A stretch of 64,000 nt of DNA from Deltaproteobacteria bacterium HGW-Deltaproteobacteria-15. GTDB taxonomy: Bacteria > Desulfobacterota > DSM-4660 > Desulfatiglandales > HGW-15. Location: contig PHBH01000006.1 of the NCBI GenBank assembly GCA_002840535.1, positions 73,159-137,158 on the forward strand. Direction: 5' to 3'. Position 1 is the stretch's first letter, and the number at the start of each line of letters is the position of its first letter. The notes under the pieces are model-generated. The model saw nothing but the letters and a program-made list of their open reading frames with translations, had not been told where the DNA came from and made no database searches. The translations under genes were made by a program, and so were the position numbers. Of this stretch, positions 29,924 through 38,947 are shown one piece after another.

Positions 29924-30525
29924 TGTTTCCCCATCTCACGCGCGATTGCATCGTCGAGCTTCTCCGACATCTTCGCCTCGATGTGCTCGGAGGAATAGTC
30001 CTTCTCCTGCCTCATCTCCAGGGTCAATCTGGCGAATTGGGTACGGAGCTTAACGCTTGAAGCCGCAGACGCAGCCGCCGCGAGTTTCGCCCTGATTTCC
30101 TCCAGAGATTTTCCGTCGGACGATCCCAATGGGCCCAGTTCCTTTACCCGTTCCGTAAACTTCGTAATGAGCTCCACATAGAGCGGCGCCTGTGCCGCCG
30201 AAGCCCAGTCCAGTCTGAACCTGTCCGGGTGGATACCCGATTCCGTAAGAAGTCTCCGGCTGAAATGCTCCATGATCATCGCGTCGTAATTACCAACCTG
30301 GTAATGACATTCCTTGAGCTGTCACCCGCCCACGAATAGCCCGTCGACCCCTGCGGAAAAGGCCTCTACGGCGAATAGGGGGTCCATTCGACCGGTGCAC
30401 ATGATTCGGATCACCCTGATGTTGGGCGGGTATTGGAAGCGGGAAATCCCTGCGGAATCCGCCGCCGCATAGCAGCACCAGTTGCAGAGAAAACCGAGGA
30501 TCTTCGGTTCGTATGAGCCTTTCAT
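29920..30525 (-). CDS. mvhD: MvhD/FlpD (BamF-like) Fe-S subunit with selenocysteine (TGA at 30324-30322)
   Basis: ORFs 30322-30579 and 29920-30279 are in the same frame; read-through gives FLCNWC..RIMCTGR..GLFVGG-U-QLKECHYQVGNYDA, with U at the first Cys of the GCxxxxCHY motif. Confidence 0.88.
30283..30308 (-). promoter_or_regulatory. Putative bacterial SECIS for mvhD
   Basis: mRNA 3' of the UGA: GUC AUUACCA GGU UGGUAAU UAC GAC, a perfect 7-bp stem with G-containing loop. Confidence 0.7.
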
Positions 30526-30558
30526 TGTCATCTTTCTGTCTACCCTGAATTCAAAATC

Positions 30559-30640
30559 GCCACTGAGACACAAAGACACTAAGTTGATCTTTCTTTCTGG
30601 TTTTCAGTATTCCTTCTTCGTGCCTTTGTGTCTTTGTGGC
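30559..30640. repeat. Family A octamer inverted repeat
   Basis: GCCACTGAGACACAAAGACACTAAG ... CTTCGTGCCTTTGTGTCTTTGTGGC. Confidence 0.85.
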
Positions 30641-30649
30641 TGTTGTGAC

Positions 30650-33600
30650 TCAATTCCCCCGCCCGCAGGCCCTGATCTGTGCCATGATCTGTTCGTTACT
30701 GAACCCGCCCATGGAAATCGCCATGGTGGGGCAATGGGATGCACAGATGCCGCACCCCTTGCAAGACGCTGAGATGGTCTCCGCCTTCTTCTTTTTTCCC
30801 ACCTTGATTGTCCTGATTACAGCATCGGGGCAAAGCGTTTCGCATATTCCGCACCCGATGCAACTCTCCTGATTCACCGAGGAGACAATCCCGCTCACCG
30901 CAACGTGACCCTTTGCCAGTGGAATGCACGCCTTGCAGGCAGCGGCCTTTGCCTGCGCAATGGATTCCGGAATGGGCTTCGGGGAGTGGGCAATGCCGCA
31001 GGGGTAAATCCCGTCCACGGAAAACTCCACCGGTCTCAGTTTCGGATGTGCCTCCAGGAAGAACCCGTCCCCGGTGACAGGCACTTTGAGGACTCTTGCC
31101 AGATCTTCGACTCCGTGGGATACGACACCTACACTGAGGACGATGAGATCGGGATGAAGGCTCACGTTTTCCCCGAGAAGCGTATCCCGGTAATCGATCC
31201 TGACCTTCCCCTTCTCTTCCGTCACCTTTGGAGGGGACCCCTTTTCAAAGCGGACGAAATTCACCCCTTTTTCACGGGCAGCACTGTATCCGTCTTCCAT
31301 GAAACCATAGGTGCGCATGTCTCTGAAGAGTACCGTAATGTTCGCAGAGGGGTTATGCTCCAGGACCTCCAGAGCGTTTTTGACTGCCTGCCCGCAACAG
31401 ATCTTGCTGCAGTAGGACAGGTCTTCTCCCCTGGAGCCCACACACTGGATCATGACAATGTCTTTGATGTTCTTCATTGATCCGGGGTCGGTCAGTCTCT
31501 CTTCCAGTTCCAGTTGAGTGACCACCTGCCTCGATCGGCCGTAGAGGTACTGTGTGGGCGTATAGGGTTCTCCGCCCGTGGCTACGACGATCACCCCATG
31601 CTGCAGCGTCTCCCGCTTCTCCCCCCTGCGAAGGGTCGTCGTAAAGTGTCCGATATAGCCTGAGACATCTTCTATGGCCGCCTCGGTCAGGACATGGATC
31701 AGGTGGTTGGACATGACCTTCGCCTTGGTACTCTCGAGAAGACCCGCGGGATTTCCGCCCTCAAGCGTGAAGCGGACCTTTTTCAGGTTTCCCCCGAGCT
31801 CCGGACCCTTCTCAACCAGGAAGCACTCGAATCCCTGTTCCGCAATGCTCAGAGCCGCTGTCATTCCCGAGATGCCGCCCCCGACGACCATCGCTTTGGG
31901 GTCCACGGAAACACTCTGTTCAGGGAGAGGCTGGATGAGTCGCGCCTTGGCAACTGCCATTCTCACTAGGTCTTTCGACTTCTGAGTGGCCTCTCTCGGC
32001 GCCATTGCATGGACCCATGAACAGTGATCCCTGATATTGGCCATCTCAAAAAGGGACCTGTTGAGGGCCGCGCTTTTCAGGGTCTCCTGAAAAAGCGGTT
32101 CGTGGGTCCGAGGGCTGCACGCGGCCACGACCACACGATTCAGCCGGTTCTCCTTTATTTTTGCGCCGATCAGTTCCTGGGTGTTCTGTGCACAGCTGTA
32201 GAGATTGGTGTCCGTGAAAACGACGTTTTCGAGCGTGGCGGCATAAGCGGCCACCTCGCGGACATCCACGACTCCGCCGATATTGCTTCCGCAGAAGCAG
32301 ACAAACACCCCGATGCGGACCTCCTGCTCGATCTCGGTTTCGACCGGGTATGTCTTCACTTCAATGTGGCTGTTGCGGGCCTTGAAAAGGGCCTCTGAAG
32401 CGAGCGCAGCAGCGCCGCTCGCATCGGTCACGCTTTCGGGCACGTCTTTCGGTCCCTGAAAAGCGCCGGCAACGTATATCCCCGGGCGGGAGGTTTCAAG
32501 AGGACGAAAGAGGTCCGTCCTGCAAAAATCGTAACGGTTCAAGTCAACCCGGGCGGCGTCTGCCAGGCGGCCGGAATCTTCCGGCGACTCGAGTCCCTCG
32601 GGAAGAACCACCAGGTCAAATGTCTCCTTGAGGTGCTTTCCGTCTTCGCAGACGTATTTGATTTCCAGCCGGGTGTCTGTGGCCTGGATTTTCCCGAACC
32701 GGCTCCTTACAAAACGAATACCTTTTTCCTGGGCCCGGAGCCTGGCATAGTCAAATTCCTTTCCCTGGGTGCGCATGTCCATGTAAAAGAGGGCGACATC
32801 GAGATTCGGATCGTGCTCTTTCGCCACCAATGCCTCCTTGATGGCATACATGCAGCACACGGAAGAACAATACCCGTTTCCGCTCGGCAGGTCTCTGCTT
32901 CCGATACACTGGAGAAAAGCGATTTTGCCGGGATGCGCCCCGTCCGAGGGTCTGACGATTTCTCCCATGGTCGGACCGGTAGCTGAAGTCAAACGCTCGA
33001 ACTCGACACCGGTCACTACATCCGGGGATCTTCCGTAGCCGTAACGCGACAATACGTCCTTCGCGATGCGGCCGAAACCGGGAGCCAGGATTACCGCCCC
33101 CACCTCAAGATCGATATCTTGCGGAGATTGGCGGAAATCGATCGCCTTGGCGGAGCAGGCCCTCTCACATTGCCTGCATTCCTTCTTCGTCAGGTACCGG
33201 CAGGCGTTCTCATCCACATGGAATGCAGCGGGGATGGCCTGCTGGTAATCCATGTGCAAGGCTTTGGTCGAACAGAGCCCCTCGTTGAAGGTGTCGGGGA
33301 CGGGAACAGGGCAGTAATCGGTGCATGCACCGCAAGCCGTGCACAGGTTCTCATCCACGTAGCGGGGAAGGCGGCGAACCTTTGCTGAAAAGTTGCCCAC
33401 CTCGCCCGAAACGGACAACAGCTGAGCCTTCGTGAGAATTTCTATGTTGGGAGACCGACCGGCCTCTACCAGCTTAGGCGCCAGAATTCAGATGGCGCAG
33501 TCATTGGTGGGAAATGTCTTGTCCAACTGCGCCATGACGCCCCCAATGGAGCCGCTTTTCTCCACTAGGTAGACGTAATAGCCCAGGTCGGCCAGATCGA

Positions 33601-33682
33601 GGGAGGCCTGAATGCCGGCGATCCCTCCACCGACGACCATTACCGCCCCAATAATATCGGGTTTGCTCTTTGCTTGTTTCAT
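30650..33682 (-). CDS. hdrA: Large HdrA-like (BamE-like) flavoprotein with selenocysteine (TGA at 33490-33488)
   Basis: ORFs 33488-33742 and 30650-33418 join in frame: GGGIAG...[31 protein letters not shown]; also QCIGSR, CSSVCC, GPKD, ACSPRTHE and a second FAD domain; about 1010 aa. Confidence 0.9.
33448..33471 (-). promoter_or_regulatory. Putative bacterial SECIS for hdrA
   Basis: mRNA 3' of the UGA: UGG UA GAGGCC GGUC GGUCUC CCA, a bulged stem-loop with GG in the loop. Confidence 0.65.
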
Positions 33683-33719
33683 ATGTCTGCTCTTACTCAA
33701 CCGGTTCTGGAGGATGCCC

Positions 33720-33845
33720 AATGTAGAATGTAGAATTTCCAATGATCAAATACATCCTCTAAATGAAAGTCAGTGATGAATCTCGAATGAGGACGTTGTC
33801 TCCTTCCCTGGAAATTGGACATTGGACGTTCTGCATTGGACATTC
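33720..33845. repeat. Family C-like heptamer inverted repeat
   Basis: AATGTAGAATGTAGAATTTCCAAT ... ATTGGACATTGGACGTTCTGCATTGGACATTC. Confidence 0.7.
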
Positions 33846-33852
33846 TTCCTTT

Positions 33853-34281
33853 CTACTCATACTCAACCAGTTCTATGGTCACCCCTTCCGGATCTTTCAT
33901 ATAGGTTGCCCAGACCCCCGGTCGAAGGTTCTGAGGCGGGCAGTTGAAATGCACCCCTGCCTTCACCAGTCGCTCATAGATCCCGTGGATTCCTTTTACT
34001 ATGATGGCAAAGTGGGTCAGACCGAAGTCGCACTGGCGCTTCGGGCCGCATTCATCTCCTTCAGGAACACGGTACTTGAAAAGCTCGATGCGCGCCCCGT
34101 AGCCTTTGAGCATCACTACACGAGCGGTCGCACCGGGGAGACCCACTACCCTTGCATACATCTCCCCCGTGTAGTTTTCTCTTTCCCAGTCCACCTCAAA
34201 ACCGAGCAGATCCCGATAGAACCGGAGTTCATTCTCCATGTCCTTTACCGAAATCGCCACATGGTGCCAGATTGCTTCCAT
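33853..34281 (-). CDS. VOC/glyoxalase family protein
   Basis: HHVAISV, FYRDLLGF, IELF, HFAI, YMKDPEG..IELVE motifs. Confidence 0.9.
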   Translation of the reverse strand: MEAIWHHVAISVKDMENELRFYRDLLGFEVDWERENYTGEMYARVVGLPGATARVVMLKGYGARIELFKYRVPEGDECGPKRQCDFGLTHFAIIVKGIHGIYERLVKAGVHFNCPPQNLRPGVWATYMKDPEGVTIELVEYE

Positions 34282-34437
34282 CCCGCAGTTCTCCATCTCC
34301 TTGGACAAAAATTCCAGGCGAATCTTCAAGACCCGCCTGGAATTTCTTACCTCTTCGCCTGTAAGTTTCCGAGCAGGTGCTCAGGCGCTACCAACCCCGG
34401 CGCCTCTCGCCAGGCTTATAGATGAAAGAAACTCTGT

Positions 34438-34507
34438 AGGTGTCAGGTGTCAGCACGCTAGTTCATCAGTTTCCTGACACCTGAACACTGAAACCTGAAA
34501 CCTGAAA
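34438..34507. repeat. Family B heptamer inverted repeat
   Basis: AGGTGTCAGGTGTCAG ... CTGACACCTGAACACTGAAACCTGAAACCTGAAA. Confidence 0.85.
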
Positions 34508-34600
34508 TGAAGTTTCTCAGGAGGGCATCCGCAACGGCAATCTCCCTTCCGCATAACGCGGAAGCAAAACGGCCTTTTGGAAGCCCGCATCAGCGAAGCT

Positions 34601-35488
34601 CTACTTCTTCATTCCTGCCATCTCTTCCAATACCTGGACCAGAGAGAAGAAATCCTGATTGCCCTTCCCTGTGGCCATCATGGTTGCCCAGAACTGGCGG
34701 ATCAGGGCGGTCATCGGCATGGGAATGTTCTTCGACCTTCCCGCTTCGATCATGATATCAAAATCTTTCGCCATCTGCGCTGCCGTGAAGGCGGGCGCAT
34801 AGTTCCGGGCCTTCAACATGGCCGACTTATACCCGATGAGAGGCGAAGCAACAACGCTTGCGCCCACGATGTCGATCATCTGTTCCCAATTCATGCCGCC
34901 TGCTTCACCGAAGGTAAGCGCTTCCGCCGTCATGGCGGAGGTGAGTCCGACCATCATGTTCATGACGAGCTTGAGATAGCGGGCTTCCTCTCCTGTCCCT
35001 ACGTGGAACACCTTCTGGCCAAAGCATCCCAGGACATCCACGCACTTGTCATATGCGTCCTTGGGGCCGGATGCGAATACCGTGAGGGTCCCGGCGGCAG
35101 CCAGCACCGTGCTCCCGGAAACAGGCGCCCTGAGGTACTTGATGCCCTTCTTTTTGGCCGCCTCGTCCACTATCGCCGACGCCCCCGGGGAGACGGTGCT
35201 CATGTCAATGTAGATAGCCCCCGACTTTGCGCCTTCGAACGCCCCATTGGGGTCGATCGAAACCTGGTGCAGAGCGGTATCGTCCGCGATCATGGAGACG
35301 ATGACATCCGCGCCCGCCGCCGCCTCTTTGGGTGAGTTGGCCACCTTTGCGCCCGCGTCGGCCAAGGGTTTGGTCTTGTCCTTGGTCCGGTTGTACACCG
35401 TGAGGCTGTATCCCTTCTTGATGAGATTCTGGGACATGGGGATGCCCATCTTTCCCAGACCGATAAAAGCTATTTTCTGATCCGCCAT
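34601..35488 (-). CDS. Beta-hydroxyacid dehydrogenase family (3-hydroxyisobutyrate dehydrogenase/tartronate semialdehyde reductase)
   Basis: FIGLGKMG, YNRT, DMSTVSP, APVSG, KLVMN motifs. Confidence 0.9.
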   Translation of the reverse strand: MADQKIAFIGLGKMGIPMSQNLIKKGYSLTVYNRTKDKTKPLADAGAKVANSPKEAAAGADVIVSMIADDTALHQVSIDPNGAFEGAKSGAIYIDMSTVSPGASAIVDEAAKKKGIKYLRAPVSGSTVLAAAGTLTVFASGPKDAYDKCVDVLGCFGQKVFHVGTGEEARYLKLVMNMMVGLTSAMTAEALTFGEAGGMNWEQMIDIVGASVVASPLIGYKSAMLKARNYAPAFTAAQMAKDFDIMIEAGRSKNIPMPMTALIRQFWATMMATGKGNQDFFSLVQVLEEMAGMKK

Positions 35489-35540
35489 ATTCTTCTCCTT
35501 TGCCACAAAATTGCCTTCATTAAGCCGAACGGAAACCGGC

Positions 35541-36851
35541 TTACTTCGGCATCGGGAACATCATCTCAGCCGTTTTCTTGATGAAGGGGGCCTGCTTGTT
35601 GGAGATGATCTCCAACTCCCAGGGCCACTTCTTTCCTTTCACCCACTGGCCGGCGACCAACGGGGTCTCCGAGTAGTTCTTCTCGTTGTATTTGATATGG
35701 CCGACGATGGTATCCATGTCGGTCTTGGCGATAGCTTCCCGCAGCTTCTCCCTGTCCAGTGTCTGAGCCCTCTTCAAGGCATCGGCGGCAATCTCAAAAC
35801 CCGCATACTTGAAGCCGATAGGCGCGGTCCACGGCTTGTTCATCTCCTTGGTCCAGGTGTCGCAGAGATCCTTGGCCGTTTCCCCCGTAAGGGACGACTT
35901 GAAAGGATGATTGGGACTCCACCATACTTCCGTGGTGATGCCGTTGGGGAGATCCCCTCCCTGGGCATTGACATCCGCGGGGAACAGGCACGCCTTTGCG
36001 ATGGTCGCTATCTTGGGAACGAATCCCTGCTGATGGCACTGTTTCCAGGCCGTGATCCAGTCCGGCGGGATCAGACATCCGGTCAGGATATCCACGCCCT
36101 CTTTCTTGAAAAGACTGATCATGGTGGTGAAATCTTTCTGCATGTAAGGGAATCTTCCCGGATCAACGAATTTGTACCCTTTGGCGGGAAGTTTCTTGCT
36201 GAAAACCTCCACCCATGCCGTGCCGTCCGGATCGTTGGGGAACAACCCGCCGACCACCTTCTTTACTTTTCCTTGTGCGGCATAATCATCCCAGACCCCG
36301 GAAAAGAGATCCGTGACTTTATCCACGGTCCAGAATGCATGATGGGACCACTTGTACGGCCCGCCTCCCAGCCAGGGTTCAACCGGCGCGTCCAGGGAGA
36401 TACAGGGCATCTTGTTTCTCTCGCACATTGCCGTGACCGGGTTGACGGTGTCGGGCGTGTGCATGACAACCATCAGATCAACCTTGTCCTTGAGGATAAG
36501 CCTGGAGGCCAGTTCCGCAGCCTTGGTGGGATCGCTTTCCGTGTCGACGAGCTTCAATTTCACAGGGACTTTCTTGTTCAATTCCTTGATGAAGATGCCG
36601 CCGTCCTTATTGATCGCAGCAATGGCCTTTTCGTCCGCCCAGGGAGAGGCCTCGCCAAAACCTGCGAGAGGGCCTGTCGAGGGATTCGGGTGGCCGATCA
36701 GGATGTGATCTTTCGCCTGGGCATATGCCCGAGTGATCAGAGACGGAGCAATGGACACGGCCCCGAGGGCGGCGCCCGCCATTCCGGTTTTCTTCAGGAA
36801 CTCTCTTCTGGTAAACCCTTTCTGACGACCCTTGTTCTTCTTCTGGGACAT
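35541..36851 (-). CDS. Liv-type ABC substrate-binding protein, Tat-exported
   Basis: TRREFLK plus hydrophobic signal; STGPLAGFG, INKDGG, DTESDP motifs. Confidence 0.9.
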   Translation of the reverse strand: MSQKKNKGRQKGFTRREFLKKTGMAGAALGAVSIAPSLITRAYAQAKDHILIGHPNPSTGPLAGFGEASPWADEKAIAAINKDGGIFIKELNKKVPVKLKLVDTESDPTKAAELASRLILKDKVDLMVVMHTPDTVNPVTAMCERNKMPCISLDAPVEPWLGGGPYKWSHHAFWTVDKVTDLFSGVWDDYAAQGKVKKVVGGLFPNDPDGTAWVEVFSKKLPAKGYKFVDPGRFPYMQKDFTTMISLFKKEGVDILTGCLIPPDWITAWKQCHQQGFVPKIATIAKACLFPADVNAQGGDLPNGITTEVWWSPNHPFKSSLTGETAKDLCDTWTKEMNKPWTAPIGFKYAGFEIAADALKRAQTLDREKLREAIAKTDMDTIVGHIKYNEKNYSETPLVAGQWVKGKKWPWELEIISNKQAPFIKKTAEMMFPMPK

Positions 36852-37018
36852 GTCTGCTGCCTCCTCCATGGAATTTTGCGGTCGAATCCGCTCAGCGAAG
36901 TGCTGATGCACCGTCCCCGCAAAGGATCGTTTCGATCCGACGGGGAACGGCGCACAGGCTTTCACTCCCGTTTCTCACGGGATCAGGTGTTCGGGTCAGA
37001 CGATACCCCGATGGACGA

Positions 37019-37393
37019 TCACTTGGTTACCGGCACCCAGGGTGCAGGCGAGGTGACGACTGCGAATCTCAGCGTCTGTCCCCCGACCGGCTTGATGCCG
37101 TGCTCGGCATCGGGCGGGATCCAGAGGACGTCGCCGGGACGGCAGCGGAAGCTCTTCCCATTCACTACGGCATCGCCCACACCGGAAAGGATGAAGTAGC
37201 AGTGCTCCCTTCCTGCATGGATGTCGGGTTGCGCCTCTCCCCCCGGATGGACTTCCGTGCAGAAGAGCACGAATCCCTTTACGCCGGTCTCCTGCGGGAT
37301 CAACGTGAAGGCGTCCGTGTTGACGTGTTTCGGGGGACAAGTGGATTTGAGTTCTTCCATCCTATACAGTGTTGCTTCTTTGTACTCGCCCAT
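37019..37393 (-). CDS. Cupin domain protein
   Basis: H...EH.YFILSG.G and PGD.LWIPP...H motifs. Confidence 0.88.
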   Translation of the reverse strand: MGEYKEATLYRMEELKSTCPPKHVNTDAFTLIPQETGVKGFVLFCTEVHPGGEAQPDIHAGREHCYFILSGVGDAVVNGKSFRCRPGDVLWIPPDAEHGIKPVGGQTLRFAVVTSPAPWVPVTK

Positions 37394-37532
37394 CTATCTT
37401 CCTCCTTCTGTGATAAGGTTTCGAGTGAACAGCTTCTCTTGACAATGTTCACTTAAGACAGCGAAATACCAACTTTTTTTGATCAGCACCGCTTCCCTCG
37501 TCTTCGAGGGGCAATGCTCTTCGACGACCGGG

Positions 37533-38789
37533 TTAATATACTTCACATCCCGGGAGCCCGCAAGAAATTAGGTGGTCGCTCGGGTAGTTGGTGATGATCT
37601 CGCAGCTGTTCTTGGTCACCACCACTTCTTCCTCGATACGCGCTGCGCCCGAGCCGTCCTCTGCGCCCAGCCAGCACTCCACGGCAAAGACCATGCCTTC
37701 CTTGATCTCCGCGGGATGGTCGAAGCAGAATCGTCGCGAAAGGATCGGCCTCTCCCAGAGGCTCAGCCCTATGCCGTGCCCGTACTGGAGAAGATACGCC
37801 TCGTCCTCGTTCTTATATCCGAACTCCTCCGCTTTGGGCCAAACGGCGCAGATATCCGCCGTCGTCACCCCGGGTTTGATCACATCGATCGCCGCGCTCA
37901 CCCATTGGGAGCACTTCTCGTACGCGTCGATCTGGTACTTGTTCGGCTTGCCGCAGATGAAGGTCCGGTAATAGCAGGTGCGGTAGCCGTTGAAGGAGTG
38001 CATGATGTCCAGGAAGATCATGTCGCCGGGCTGGATGATCCTGTCCGCAAAAGTATGGCAGTGGGGTTTGCCCCTTCCGCCCGAGACGGAGTTCACGCAC
38101 TCCACCCTCTCGGATCCCAGGGAATAGAGCCGATGATTGGCAATGGCCACCAGTTCGTTCTCCCTCACACCAGGCCGGATCGCCCTCGCGATATCCTCGT
38201 ACGTGGCATCCACCATGCCGGCGGCCACCTTGAGAAGCTCGACTTCGTCGGCCGTCTTCACTTCTCTCGCATCCAGCAGGGCCTGGCGTCCGTCCACCAC
38301 CTCGATTCCCTCGTTTTCCAGGGCCTTCAGCATGGAGAGCTCGATCATATCCACGCCGAGGGGTTCCTTCTCCACCCCGTAGCTCTTCAGGACCCGCTTG
38401 ATCTGCTTGGCAAAGCCGTCCTGCACCTTCATGGCCGGAGGCAGCGACCCGCACATGTTGGAGATGGGCGGTTCCATCCGCTCTTCCATCCAGGGCGCGC
38501 TGATCCGCTTTGCGGGCACGGCCGGATCGAACAGGAACGGCTTTCCTTCCCTGGGAAGAAGGGCGTAGCGGTTCATCTTGTCCCTGCACCATTCCCCGAT
38601 GTGGGTGGATGTCATGTAGCGGATGTTGTCGAAATCGAAGGCCAGAACGGCCCCCAGTTTCGCTGCCTGTACCGCCTTCTGAGCCTTCCGGATCCGGTCC
38701 TGGACCAGTCGCGGGTAGTTGACGCCCGACTCCCAGTCCATGGCCATGGTGCCCCATCTGGCAGTTGCGTGAGGTTTGTTGTAAAACAT
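37533..38789 (-). CDS. M24 (Xaa-Pro peptidase/creatinase fold) family protein
   Basis: DNIRY, VKTADE, RPGVRE, GHGIG, GAARIEEE motifs. Confidence 0.88.
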   Translation of the reverse strand: MFYNKPHATARWGTMAMDWESGVNYPRLVQDRIRKAQKAVQAAKLGAVLAFDFDNIRYMTSTHIGEWCRDKMNRYALLPREGKPFLFDPAVPAKRISAPWMEERMEPPISNMCGSLPPAMKVQDGFAKQIKRVLKSYGVEKEPLGVDMIELSMLKALENEGIEVVDGRQALLDAREVKTADEVELLKVAAGMVDATYEDIARAIRPGVRENELVAIANHRLYSLGSERVECVNSVSGGRGKPHCHTFADRIIQPGDMIFLDIMHSFNGYRTCYYRTFICGKPNKYQIDAYEKCSQWVSAAIDVIKPGVTTADICAVWPKAEEFGYKNEDEAYLLQYGHGIGLSLWERPILSRRFCFDHPAEIKEGMVFAVECWLGAEDGSGAARIEEEVVVTKNSCEIITNYPSDHLISCGLPGCEVY

Positions 38790-38802
38790 GTTCTCCTCCT
38801 TT

Positions 38803-38947
38803 CACGTTGCACGTAACAGGTTGCACGTAACACGACGTAATAGGTTTATCGTGACACGTAACAGGGTACACGTAACACGATAGTTCCTGACTTCGGGTCT
38901 TTTCGTGTCACGTGTTACGTGTTACGTGTCACGGTTTCACGTGTTAC
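38803..38947. repeat. Heptamer-period inverted repeat (CACGTAA/TTACGTG)
   Basis: CACGTTGCACGTAACAGGTTGCACGTAACACG...CACGTAACACGA ... TCGTGTCACGTGTTACGTGTTACGTGTCACG...CACGTGTTAC. Confidence 0.85.

Noticed and set aside
29920-33742. hdrA and mvhD as pseudogenes or split genes
   Set aside because: Both breaks are single in-frame TGA codons at conserved Cys positions with downstream hairpins; selenocysteine explains them better
37495-37510. Hairpin CCCTCG-TCTT-CGAGGG as an intrinsic terminator
   Set aside because: No adjacent U-tract on the transcribed (minus) strand
38803-38947. Possible CRISPR array in this and the other repeat-rich spacers
   Set aside because: Units are 7-9 nt, degenerate and contiguous, with no unique 25-45 nt spacers and no cas genes
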